From a virus, in UHGV virus genome UHGV-0147375: a DNA stretch of 53,092 bases, one strand, 5' to 3'. Every line of letters starts with the position of its first letter. The first letter of the stretch is position 1. Positions 18,745-27,208 of the stretch are shown in pieces. A model generated the notes under the pieces. That model did not search any database and had not been told where the DNA came from. It was given only the letters and a program-made list of their open reading frames with translations. A program made the translations under genes and the position numbers.

Positions 18745-19047
18745 GTGGTCAGAAGAACTGCGGAGGGATTTGGACAGGAAACTGACTGGCTGGAGGAACT
18801 AAAACGCTACAGGGACTTGGAAGAGCAGGGGCGGCTGTTGGTGCTGCCCTGCAAGGTCGGAGATACGGTGTATGAAATCCTCGAAGAAACCGTACCGAAC
18901 CACTATTTTTATATCAGCGAGCACAAGGTGCAGGATGTATCAGCGAAGGCTGTCAAGTACGCTGACGAATGGGAATCGTATGACTATGAGAATCTGTATT
19001 TCACAAGAGAAGAAGCGGAAGCGGCACTGGAGAGAAGGAGGGAGTGA
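18745..19047 (+). CDS. Hypothetical phage protein (start uncertain)
   Basis: DLEEQGRLLVLPCKVGDTVY...FTREEAEAAL common phage motif. Confidence 0.65.
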   Translation: MVRRTAEGFGQETDWLEELKRYRDLEEQGRLLVLPCKVGDTVYEILEETVPNHYFYISEHKVQDVSAKAVKYADEWESYDYENLYFTREEAEAALERRRE

Positions 19048-19050
19048 AAA

Positions 19051-19251
19051 GTGATAGGAATGGTTATTTTGGCAATTTTGATAATCGTGTACATAATGAT
19101 TGGGTACGGTCTTTTTCTGAGCGCAATTATTGAAGATTATACACAAAACGTATGGAAACCGATTATTTGTTTTTTATGGATTGTTTCCCTTTGGTTTCCC
19201 TATGGTGTTTATAGCTATTTGAAAGAAAGAATGACAAAGGATGAATCTTGA
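19051..19251 (+). CDS. Small membrane protein
   Basis: Two hydrophobic helices; GGAG RBS. Confidence 0.55.
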   Translation: MIGMVILAILIIVYIMIGYGLFLSAIIEDYTQNVWKPIICFLWIVSLWFPYGVYSYLKERMTKDES

Positions 19252-19289
19252 CGAGAAAATCAAAAATAAATAAGAGCGTGGTGTTGTTT

Positions 19290-20027
19290 ATGGCAATATA
19301 CAGGAATTTACACATATCGTTTTGGACGGACAGCAAGGTCGAGGACGATTTCACGCCAGAGGATAAGTATTTCTATGCTTATCTTCTGACAAACCCACAG
19401 ACGAACATCTGCGGCTGCTATGAGGTCAGCTTTAATCAAATATCGCACCATACAGGATACACGAAGGATACAATTTCAAGATTGATTAGCCGTTTTGAAA
19501 ACGTGCATGGCGTGATTCGGTACTGTGCAGAAACAAAGGAAGTGTTGATTCTGAATTGGCATAAGTACAACTGGAGCAAGTCAGAGAAAACGCTTGCAGG
19601 AGTTGAGAATGTGGCAAAGCATATTAAGTCCGATGATTTTAGGCGGTACGTTATGGATACGGTAAATAAGGTCAGGGGCGGCGAGGAAGAAGAACCGAAA
19701 AACATTCCTTCTGTTTCCGAAAAGAAAGTGTCCTATTCGGATATGCTGAATGACATGATTTTAGAATTTGGTATTTCTGACTACTTGTTGGAATCGGTGC
19801 AGGATTGGATTGCATACAAGGGAGAGAGAAATTTCAAGTACAAAGAAAGAGGTTTGCGGACGCTTTTAAAAACAGTGTCGGAAAAGTCAACACAGTACGG
19901 AGATGTAGCAGTGTCAACGGCAATAAACGAAAGCATTTCAAGTGGCTATCAAGGTATTGTTTGGGAGAAAATAGGGAAGAATAGTGGAGTTGCGACAGGA
20001 GGCGAGATAAATTGGGGCAAAGTTTAA
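19290..20027 (+). CDS. Phage replication initiator protein
   Basis: MAIYRNLHISFWTD...PEDKYFYAYLLTNP winged-helix N-terminus; C-terminal WIAYK...SISSGYQG domain; precedes helicase loader. Confidence 0.75.
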   Translation: MAIYRNLHISFWTDSKVEDDFTPEDKYFYAYLLTNPQTNICGCYEVSFNQISHHTGYTKDTISRLISRFENVHGVIRYCAETKEVLILNWHKYNWSKSEKTLAGVENVAKHIKSDDFRRYVMDTVNKVRGGEEEEPKNIPSVSEKKVSYSDMLNDMILEFGISDYLLESVQDWIAYKGERNFKYKERGLRTLLKTVSEKSTQYGDVAVSTAINESISSGYQGIVWEKIGKNSGVATGGEINWGKV

Positions 20028-20188
20028 AGGTTGGAGATACCATAAAATGCAAAGATGCGGAAGAAGCTTTTTCTTACATGAAAACACTCATATCTGCTGG
20101 ATATCAAACAGATTTTATGTATGAGAAGGATGGAGAAAGTGGTATTTGGATTGTCATTGAGAACGGAGTGAGCAACATTGAAGCGTGA
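20012..20188 (+). CDS. Small hypothetical protein (58 aa), not in ORF track
   Basis: GGAGG RBS, TTG start, LKVGDTIKCKDAEEA...; fills the gap between flanking genes. Confidence 0.6.
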   Translation: MGQSLKVGDTIKCKDAEEAFSYMKTLISAGYQTDFMYEKDGESGIWIVIENGVSNIEA

Positions 20189-20849
20189 AGAAACGGTACA
20201 AATCATTCGTATCATATGTGACTGCTTTGCAAATTTCAAGCCAAGCAATCTTTCGGAGACCATAGATGTATGGAATATGATGTTATCGGAATATTCATAC
20301 AAGCAAATTTCCGTTGCATTGAAGTCCTATGTCCTGTCCGACACAAGCGGATTTGCACCGACAATAGGGCAGTTGGTTGACATGGTTCATTCTGTAAGCA
20401 AGCCGCAGGAATTGAACGAAATGGAAGCGTGGGCGTTGGTAAGCAAGGCAATCAGAAACAGCGGATACCGATATACCGAGGAATTTTTGAAACTTCCTAC
20501 AATCATTCAGCGTGCAATCGGAACGCCAGAGCAGTTAAATATCTGGGCTATTGATGAAGATTATAACGAGACAGTAGTTATGAGTAATTTTCAGAGGTCA
20601 TATAGGCTGGTGCTGATGCAGAAAGACGAGAGTGCAAAGTTGCCAACAGAAGTACAGAATTTGCTTTCTAATAATGAAAATCCTGCCAGAATAGAAATGC
20701 AGGATAGAATTAAGCAGCTTTCTAATGCGTTTGACGAAAAGAGCAAATTACTGATTGAAGGCAAGGAGAAGAAGGAAAGAGTAGTAAGTGATTCTGTTAT
20801 GGACACTGTTCATGCAGAATTGGAAAAGATAAAGGCAATGAATATCTGA
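20178..20849 (+). CDS. Replicative helicase loader/inhibitor (SPP1 G39P-like)
   Basis: MKREETVQII...W..ML..Y....ALKSY...GFAPTIGQL pattern. Confidence 0.75.
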   Translation: MKREETVQIIRIICDCFANFKPSNLSETIDVWNMMLSEYSYKQISVALKSYVLSDTSGFAPTIGQLVDMVHSVSKPQELNEMEAWALVSKAIRNSGYRYTEEFLKLPTIIQRAIGTPEQLNIWAIDEDYNETVVMSNFQRSYRLVLMQKDESAKLPTEVQNLLSNNENPARIEMQDRIKQLSNAFDEKSKLLIEGKEKKERVVSDSVMDTVHAELEKIKAMNI

Positions 20850-20874
20850 TAAAAACCAGAACGGAGGAAGATTT

Positions 20875-21303
20875 ATGAAAACGCCAATCGTAAAATCGGA
20901 CCAAGGGAAACCACAGCTTAACCTTGTGCCGTTGGAGATTTTAGAGCCATTAGCAAGGGTACGTGAATTTGCCGTTGAGAAATACGGTATGGAAGGGATT
21001 GAGGCATGGAGAAATATCTCCGATGACAGACTGTTAGCCGCCCTACTGCGGCACACGGTATCTTACCAGAAAGACCATGACGCGCGAGATGAAGAAAGCG
21101 GACTGCCTGCTGCATATCATGTAGCTATCAACGGCGTATTTCTTGCCATCAAGGCTATGGAGAGAATGAAAGAAAGATGCGGATACCAAGTCAAAGAAAT
21201 TAACTTTTACGAAAATCTTCCGCCAGAGTTGCAGAAAAGGGTAGACAAATTCATTTCTGCGGTTTACGAGGGTGGTGTGAAAGATGAATCTGAATCAGAT
21301 TGA
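20875..21303 (+). CDS. dATP/dGTP diphosphohydrolase-domain (DUF5664-like) protein
   Basis: KSDQGKPQLNLVP...EKYG...W...AALLRH...DEESGLPAAYHVAIN. Confidence 0.75.
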   Translation: MKTPIVKSDQGKPQLNLVPLEILEPLARVREFAVEKYGMEGIEAWRNISDDRLLAALLRHTVSYQKDHDARDEESGLPAAYHVAINGVFLAIKAMERMKERCGYQVKEINFYENLPPELQKRVDKFISAVYEGGVKDESESD

Positions 21304-21646
21304 AAAGAGAAAGCGGTATCAGAAGCAGAAAAGAATCATTGAAGAAGCGAAGAACGAAGCTATTGAAAATATGCAGAAAATCATTGATAGAGGGCTTTCT
21401 TCACAGATGGAACTTGTCATGCTTCTAGTCCTGCATGATAAATTTGGTTTCGGTTCAGAACGTTGCGCCAAGGCGTTGGTTGCTTTTGAAGGATTATGGG
21501 CGGATGTAGGAGACAAGCACCTTTCTCTTGACGATATTGAGGAAGTAGTAAAGGCTGAAATCGGAATAGAAATGACGGAGGATACTATTTTTCAGACCGA
21601 CAAGAAAGGGAATAAAAAATTGCTTTGGTCTAATGAGGATACATAA
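21284..21646 (+). CDS. Hypothetical phage protein
   Basis: VLHDKFGFG..R motif. Confidence 0.7.
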   Translation: MNLNQIEKRKRYQKQKRIIEEAKNEAIENMQKIIDRGLSSQMELVMLLVLHDKFGFGSERCAKALVAFEGLWADVGDKHLSLDDIEEVVKAEIGIEMTEDTIFQTDKKGNKKLLWSNEDT

Positions 21647-21661
21647 AGGAGGTATTCCTAA

Positions 21662-22063
21662 GTGGCTTTGCGTAATTTGACAAAGCCAGAATTGCGAAAA
21701 ATCATAGAGAATGCCAATTTTACCGAGGATGAGATGATGGTATTTCAACTGTCCAGCAACGGTTCCCCTATTGATTATATAGCGGACACGATGAAAATAT
21801 CATCATCTACGGTAAATCGTATTTTGCGGAAGATTTATAAGAAAATGGAAAGGATTGAGGATATGTCGAAGCCAGAAGTGCCAGTTTGGCAGAAAGTAAC
21901 AATGACGATTGATGAAGCGTCCGCATATAGCAGTATCGGGACTTCAAGAATAAGAGAATTGGCTAACAACCCAAGATGCACGTTTGTTCTGACCGTAGGA
22001 ACAAAAAAGTTAATCAAAAGAAAGGAATTTGATAAATTCATTGAAGGAAGTATCGAATTGTAG
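21662..22063 (+). CDS. xis: LuxR/sigma4-like HTH fused in frame to Tn916-type excisionase
   Basis: N-half FTEDEMMVFQL...IADTMKISSSTVNRIL; C-half VPVWQKVTMTIDEASAYSSIG...KKLIKRKEFDKFI; internal GAGG-ATG at 21863; directly upstream of integrase. Confidence 0.75.
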   Translation: MALRNLTKPELRKIIENANFTEDEMMVFQLSSNGSPIDYIADTMKISSSTVNRILRKIYKKMERIEDMSKPEVPVWQKVTMTIDEASAYSSIGTSRIRELANNPRCTFVLTVGTKKLIKRKEFDKFIEGSIEL

Positions 22064-22134
22064 ACAACGTAAAGCCCCGTATGGTAGTATGAAACTGTAT
22101 GGGGCTTTTCTCAAATCGAAAGGAGTGTAATAGA

Positions 22135-23262
22135 ATGGGGAAAGACCTTAAGGGAAAAGAATTAGGCGTTGGTATCAGCCAACGAAAAGACGGAATGTAT
22201 ACGGGTCGATTTACAACGAAGTCTGGAAAGCGAAAACAGAAATACTTTCATAAGTTGCAGGAGTGCCGAGCATGGATGGCAGACGCACAATTTGAGGATG
22301 AGCATGGGGATGTTTTCTTTTCAGATTCTCCAACGGTCAATGCATGGTTTGAGTATTGGATAAACGAGATAAAAGGGAACAGCATAAGAATTACAACAAG
22401 AAGAAACTATATGAGCATGTGGAATTTTTCTGTTTCTCCGATTGTCGGCGGAATGGAGCTTAAAGATATTAAGCCGATTCACTGTCAAAAAGTGCTAAAT
22501 ATGATGAACGAAGGACACAAGGAATCTACCATTAAGATTCACAGAGATTTAATGTGGAGCGTTTTTGAGTGTGCTGTCGAAAATTATTTAATCGAAAGAA
22601 ACCCCGTAAGCAGAAATGTAAAGGCAACTGGAGGCAAAAAAACAGAAGAACGAAAAGCTCTCACTGTGGATGAACAAAAAGCGTTCCTAACGGAAGCGAA
22701 AAAATCATCGTTTTATAATGGGTACGCCCTTGTACTGCAAACTGGAATCCGAGTCGGAGAATTGATTGCATTAAAATGGTCTGACGTAGATTTTAAAAAT
22801 CGAAAAATAAAAATACAGAGAAGTGCGTCAGAGGTCGCAAAGAAAGGATTTGTAATCGGAGAACCTAAAACAAAAAGCGGGTGCAGGGAAATACCACTCA
22901 CAAAAGAAGCTATCAATATTTTATATAATCAAAAAGAAAAGGATTCTCAAAATAAAGTTGTTCCAATTCAGTATGCTGATTACATTTTTCTGAATAAAAA
23001 CGGAAATTTAATTCAAAAGTCAGCATACAACCAAGGAATATATGCTATTTGCGGTAGGTTAGGAATGAGAAATTTCTCAATTCACTTGCTTAGGCACACG
23101 TTCGCTACGAGATGCATAGAAAATGGTATGCGCCCAAAAACGCTCCAAGCAATTTTAGGTCATAGCAAAATCGAAATGACGATGAATTTGTATGTTCATG
23201 TTACAGATAAATCCAAGTTGGAAGAAATTGAAACAATAGAAAAAAACTTAAAATTGGTGTAG
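22135..23262 (+). CDS. int: Tyrosine integrase
   Basis: TGIRVGE (R), PKT (K), HLLRHTFATR, LGH and Y catalytic residues; N-terminal arm-binding domain. Confidence 0.95.
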   Translation: MGKDLKGKELGVGISQRKDGMYTGRFTTKSGKRKQKYFHKLQECRAWMADAQFEDEHGDVFFSDSPTVNAWFEYWINEIKGNSIRITTRRNYMSMWNFSVSPIVGGMELKDIKPIHCQKVLNMMNEGHKESTIKIHRDLMWSVFECAVENYLIERNPVSRNVKATGGKKTEERKALTVDEQKAFLTEAKKSSFYNGYALVLQTGIRVGELIALKWSDVDFKNRKIKIQRSASEVAKKGFVIGEPKTKSGCREIPLTKEAINILYNQKEKDSQNKVVPIQYADYIFLNKNGNLIQKSAYNQGIYAICGRLGMRNFSIHLLRHTFATRCIENGMRPKTLQAILGHSKIEMTMNLYVHVTDKSKLEEIETIEKNLKLV

Positions 23263-23534
23263 AAATTGGTGTAGAAATAAAAAAATATACATAGAACACC
23301 TTGTTTTATCAATGTTTTTAATAAGTATATACATTTATGGGATGAAATGATATTGAAATTTTTATTCAAACGAAATAATTTGTTATAACTTTAAAAACAT
23401 CGTCAATAATTTTATTTTCAATGGTTTTGAGCAATTCATACTAAAATGGTAAATATTGAATAACTTTTCAAAACCAATGAATAACTTTCAGAAAAATGGT
23501 GTAGAATTGGTGTAGTGGTGTAGAATTGGTGTAG
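23255..23534. repeat. attP-like region: six TGGTGTAG arm-type direct repeats flanking an AT-rich core
   Basis: Copies at 23255, 23267 | 23497, 23508, 23516, 23527; ATAACTTT repeats in between. Confidence 0.75.
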
Positions 23535-23633
23535 AAAAGCCCCATACAAAACAAAAAAATATATGACAGAAAGTTGAGCGAAAGATGACACTTTTGGCTC
23601 TTTTTTTTATGCGAAAATATATTTATAGAGAGG

Positions 23634-23801
23634 ATGATGGAAATGTTTTCAGATGAAGTATTAGAAAAAATTTTCAGTAGGGAAGATGTAATGAAGATAC
23701 CTCTGACGTATCAGTCCGTTATGGTTCGGGCAGTGCAAGAGGTATTGGAAAAGGAGGGAATTGACTATGCAACCAAATCCTTATCAGAGCATGAACTATA
23801 A
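23634..23801 (+). CDS. Small hypothetical protein (55 aa), not in ORF track
   Basis: MMEMFSDEVLEKIFSREDVMKIPLTYQSVMVRAVQEVLEKEGIDYATKSLSEHEL; GAGAGG RBS. Confidence 0.55.
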   Translation: MMEMFSDEVLEKIFSREDVMKIPLTYQSVMVRAVQEVLEKEGIDYATKSLSEHEL

Positions 23802-24276
23802 TATCCAACCAGCATATCAGCAGTATGGGTACAATCCGTACTTTCAACAGCCACGGATACAGCAACCACAGATAGAGCCATTGCAGACCGCAAATCAGTT
23901 TCAGCAGCAGTTACAGAGCGGCATAAATGGTCGAGTGGTACAGTCTGTGGAAATGATAACAGCAAATGACGTACCTATGGATGGCTCGGCGGCATTCTTT
24001 CCAATGCAGGATATGAGTGCAATATTGGCTAAGTCATGGAACGCTGACGGTACAATTAAAACTGTAATCTTCAAGCCGATAAATGAGACTGTTCCTCAAA
24101 ATGAAATCCACAACAAAGAGAATTTGAAAATTGATTTGTCGGACGGTACGGTTTCGGCTTTCATGGATAGATTTGATGAACTTTCCGAAAGATTAGAGCA
24201 GTTGGAACTTTCTTTAAATAAAACCGCTTCAAAATCCAGTACACAATCGACCAAGAGAAAGGCTGATGCAGAATGA
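23767..24276 (+). CDS. Gln/Pro/Tyr-rich N-terminus plus small beta domain and coiled coil, unknown function
   Basis: AAGGAGG RBS; QPAYQQYGYNPYFQQP low complexity, ITANDVPMDGSAAFFP...KSWNADG. Confidence 0.8.
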   Translation: MQPNPYQSMNYNIQPAYQQYGYNPYFQQPRIQQPQIEPLQTANQFQQQLQSGINGRVVQSVEMITANDVPMDGSAAFFPMQDMSAILAKSWNADGTIKTVIFKPINETVPQNEIHNKENLKIDLSDGTVSAFMDRFDELSERLEQLELSLNKTASKSSTQSTKRKADAE

Positions 24277-24503
24277 AAAACTTGCTTCAATTATTTAGCG
24301 GCATAAAGAATCCGCAACAGTTTTTACAAAGCATGATGAACAATAGTCAAGTGATGGGAAACCCTATGGCGAAAAATGCCATTGACATGATGCAGAATGG
24401 GGATGCCAAAGGCGTAGAGCAGATGGCAAGAAACCTCTGTAAAGAGAAAGGGGTAAATCCAGATGAAATAATGCAACAAATGAAAGATAGGTTTGGAATG
24501 TAA
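24273..24503 (+). CDS. Small Met/Gln/Asn-rich helical protein
   Basis: ATGA coupling; NPQQFLQSMM...NPMAKNAIDM...EQMARNLCKEKG. Confidence 0.8.
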   Translation: MKNLLQLFSGIKNPQQFLQSMMNNSQVMGNPMAKNAIDMMQNGDAKGVEQMARNLCKEKGVNPDEIMQQMKDRFGM

Positions 24504-24581
24504 GACATATTAGAGGTTGCGCGCAAAAACCTTGGTGCCTCTTTATGAATAAAAATAATCAATCAAAAGGAGGAATCTAAT

Positions 24582-25370
24582 ATGTTCAACTCTACAAACA
24601 ATACACCTTTTACTATGCCTGTAATGCCGGCAACTGGCGGTTATGGCAATGACGGTGCGTTCAACGATGGCGGCTGGCTGTGGATAATCGTAGTTTTTGC
24701 TTTGCTTTTTGGATGGGGCAATAACGGTTTCGGCGGTTTCGGCGGTAATGGCGGCGGCTATGTAGCAACGGCAGCCACACAGGCGGATATTCAGAGAGGC
24801 TTTGATACACAGTCTATCATTGGCAAACTGGATGGTATCTCCAACGGTATGTGTGATGGTTTCTATGCACAGAACACAACTCTGATGAATGGTTTCCATA
24901 GTATTGATAACGCTATCTGTAATCTTGGATACCAGACACAGCAGGGGTTCAATACAACTAATGTGGCTTTGATGCAGGGTCAGAACGCATTGCAGGCGCA
25001 GCTTGCGGATTGTTGCTGCCAGAACCGAGAGGCAATCGCACAGGTAAGATACGATATGGCACAGGATACTTGTGCATTGCAGAACACAATGAACACAAAT
25101 ACCAGAGACATTATCGACAACCAGAACGCAGGAACAAGAGCAATCCTTGACTACCTGTGTGCAAAGGAAAATGCGGATTTGAGAGACAAGGTTCAGAAAC
25201 TGGAACTTGCTGCGTCTCAGTCCGCACAGAACGCATACATCACAGCAAGTCAGGATGCACAGACAGCTGAATTGATTAGAAGAATCAACCCTATGCCTGT
25301 CCCTGCGTATAGCGTTCCTGCGCCTTATCCTTATTCCGGATACGGTAACGGTTGCGGTTGTGGTTGCTAA
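24582..25370 (+). CDS. Gly-rich single-TM protein with coiled coil, CCC motif and Cys-rich tail, unknown function
   Basis: GGWLWIIVVFALLFGWG, QLADCCCQNR, C-terminal GCGCGC; AAGGAGG RBS. Confidence 0.85.
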   Translation: MFNSTNNTPFTMPVMPATGGYGNDGAFNDGGWLWIIVVFALLFGWGNNGFGGFGGNGGGYVATAATQADIQRGFDTQSIIGKLDGISNGMCDGFYAQNTTLMNGFHSIDNAICNLGYQTQQGFNTTNVALMQGQNALQAQLADCCCQNREAIAQVRYDMAQDTCALQNTMNTNTRDIIDNQNAGTRAILDYLCAKENADLRDKVQKLELAASQSAQNAYITASQDAQTAELIRRINPMPVPAYSVPAPYPYSGYGNGCGCGC

Positions 25371-25588
25371 TGACAGACAACCAAAATAAAGGGTTATCTT
25401 ACTTAGATATGCTTACCGTCCTGTCTGTGTTTTTACAGTTTGTAACGTGTCAGCAAGTATCGAACGATACACTACTGAAAGAATTGCATAGGCAGGATGG
25501 GTATTATCTGGATAAGATAATGAAAGACCAGAAGGAAATACTAAAAATGCTATCTGATATTAAATCAGACTTCGCCCGCAGTGGTTGA
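25370..25588 (+). CDS. Small protein with hydrophobic segment and coiled coil
   Basis: TAATG coupling to previous stop; followed by hairpin and T-run. Confidence 0.6.
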   Translation: MTDNQNKGLSYLDMLTVLSVFLQFVTCQQVSNDTLLKELHRQDGYYLDKIMKDQKEILKMLSDIKSDFARSG

Positions 25589-25641
25589 TACAAAGAGGGT
25601 AGGCAGAAGTCTACCCTTATTTTTTTAGGAGGTGTTATTTT

Positions 25642-26046
25642 ATGGCTTGCAAGAACGTGTGCCGACTTTGCGATAATTTCATTATGTCGCAGTCAGTGAA
25701 TTTTACAGGTGGAAATCTGGTTATAGATTTACCCGCTGGCAGTTATGCAGACTGCCGAAAAGTTTGTATTGTGGTGGCTCAAAAAATCCCCGATGCCACT
25801 ACAATCAATGCTCCTGTTTTTATTACGATTGGCGGCGGTACTGTGCAGTATCCGCTTATGAAGCGTAATTGTAGACAGGTTGTAGCATCTGGCTTGAGAA
25901 CAAGAACCAGATACAAAACCGTAGTTGAGACAACGAACAATTCTGGATTGTTCAGAATGATAGGGGAACCCTGCTGTACGCCAGATAACAGATTATCTGC
26001 TATCAACGGAGAAGGTGCCCCCGCAACAACGGACGGAGGTGAATAA
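25642..26046 (+). CDS. Cys-containing beta-rich protein, unknown function
   Basis: MACKNVCRLC start, alternating hydrophobic strands, PCC; AGGAGG RBS. Confidence 0.8.
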   Translation: MACKNVCRLCDNFIMSQSVNFTGGNLVIDLPAGSYADCRKVCIVVAQKIPDATTINAPVFITIGGGTVQYPLMKRNCRQVVASGLRTRTRYKTVVETTNNSGLFRMIGEPCCTPDNRLSAINGEGAPATTDGGE

Positions 26047-26049
26047 TTT

Positions 26050-26712
26050 ATGCACATTGAGAGAATGCACAAAATGATTGAGTGTCTTTGCGAAAAGGCA
26101 TGGTCCGAAATGGAAAAAGGTCTGGAATGTGTTGATACCGCCGAAATGGGTCAGGTTGTCGATATGATTAAAGACTTAAACGATGCCGAATACAAAGCGG
26201 TCATTACAAAAGCTATGCAGAAAGCAGAAAAAGAGGACGAAGAAGAAGATAAGGAAATCCTTAGACGGTTGAAATCCGAATACTACGAGGACGGAGACAG
26301 GCGTTTCTACGACCATTATAGATACGCTGACGGTCGATTTGCACCAAAGGGCAGAGGAACACGAAGAGGCTATACAGAACCGCCTTATTACTTCCAGACA
26401 CCCGATATGTATCACGAATGGGATAGCAAGAGTGATGCGGAGCGTGGCAGAGATTTAGACCGTATGGGCGGTAGAATGTACTACACCGAACCCATGATGA
26501 GCGGCTACGATAAGGCAAAACGCCACTACACAGAAAGTAAGGAAATGCACAAGGGCAATTCACAGGCTGATAAAGAGCAAAAGATGCGCGACCTTGAGGC
26601 ATACATGAAGGAGCTTTCTGGTGATGTGACAGAGATTCTTTCGGATATGACACCAGAAGAACGTACTCTTTTGAAAGCCAAAATGACAACGCTTTTGCAG
26701 AAAATCGGCTGA
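26050..26712 (+). CDS. Charged helical protein with RYADGRFAPKGRG motif, unknown function
   Basis: GGAGG RBS; terminator hairpin 26722-26753 follows. Confidence 0.8.
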   Translation: MHIERMHKMIECLCEKAWSEMEKGLECVDTAEMGQVVDMIKDLNDAEYKAVITKAMQKAEKEDEEEDKEILRRLKSEYYEDGDRRFYDHYRYADGRFAPKGRGTRRGYTEPPYYFQTPDMYHEWDSKSDAERGRDLDRMGGRMYYTEPMMSGYDKAKRHYTESKEMHKGNSQADKEQKMRDLEAYMKELSGDVTEILSDMTPEERTLLKAKMTTLLQKIG

Positions 26713-26773
26713 TATAAAACGGATAGGGGGAAAACACCCCTATCTTTTTTTTTAAATTGGGGGTGCTAACAAA

Positions 26774-27094
26774 ATGGTGTTTGAGATAAACGGCGTAAAG
26801 TGGAGCGTTGTTTCCGTTATGCCATCCTCTGACTGTCTGCGGCGTTCTGACGGGAGTTTTACGGTTGGTGTGACCGATAACACCACTCACTGTATTTGTC
26901 TTTCAAATCGGCTTGTAGGCGGCTTTAAGAGGAAGGTACTTATACACGAATTATGCCATGCAGTCTGTATGTCCTATGACATACACATCCCCTTAGAACA
27001 GGAGGAGTTTTTATGTGACTTTGTGGCTACTTATGGGGATGAAGTGTTCGATATGGTAGATATGATGGTCGGGGAAATTCGGAAAACGGCATAA
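26774..27094 (+). CDS. Small HEXXH zincin-like metallopeptidase
   Basis: VLIHELCHA...EE motif. Confidence 0.7.
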   Translation: MVFEINGVKWSVVSVMPSSDCLRRSDGSFTVGVTDNTTHCICLSNRLVGGFKRKVLIHELCHAVCMSYDIHIPLEQEEFLCDFVATYGDEVFDMVDMMVGEIRKTA

Positions 27095-27099
27095 AAAAA

Positions 27100-27127
27100 G
27101 GGAGTATACCGAAATTGATATACTCCC
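27100..27127. terminator. Bidirectional terminator between accessory operon and late operon
   Basis: A-run, GGGAGTATA/TATACTCCC stem, T-run. Confidence 0.75.
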
Positions 27128-27208
27128 GATTTTTGTGTAGCTTAGGATTGGAACATCTACGAAAGGGTGTACTGTTATTATACCATTTTGTTGAGGTCAA
27201 CGCAATGG

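Noticed and set aside
20875..21303. Z-base (2-aminoadenine) genome system
   Set aside because: No PurZ or dedicated polymerase in the window
23255..23534. TGGTGTAG repeats as a CRISPR array
   Set aside because: Repeats are 8 bp, nearly adjacent, with no regular unique spacers and no cas genes; position after int fits arm-type sites
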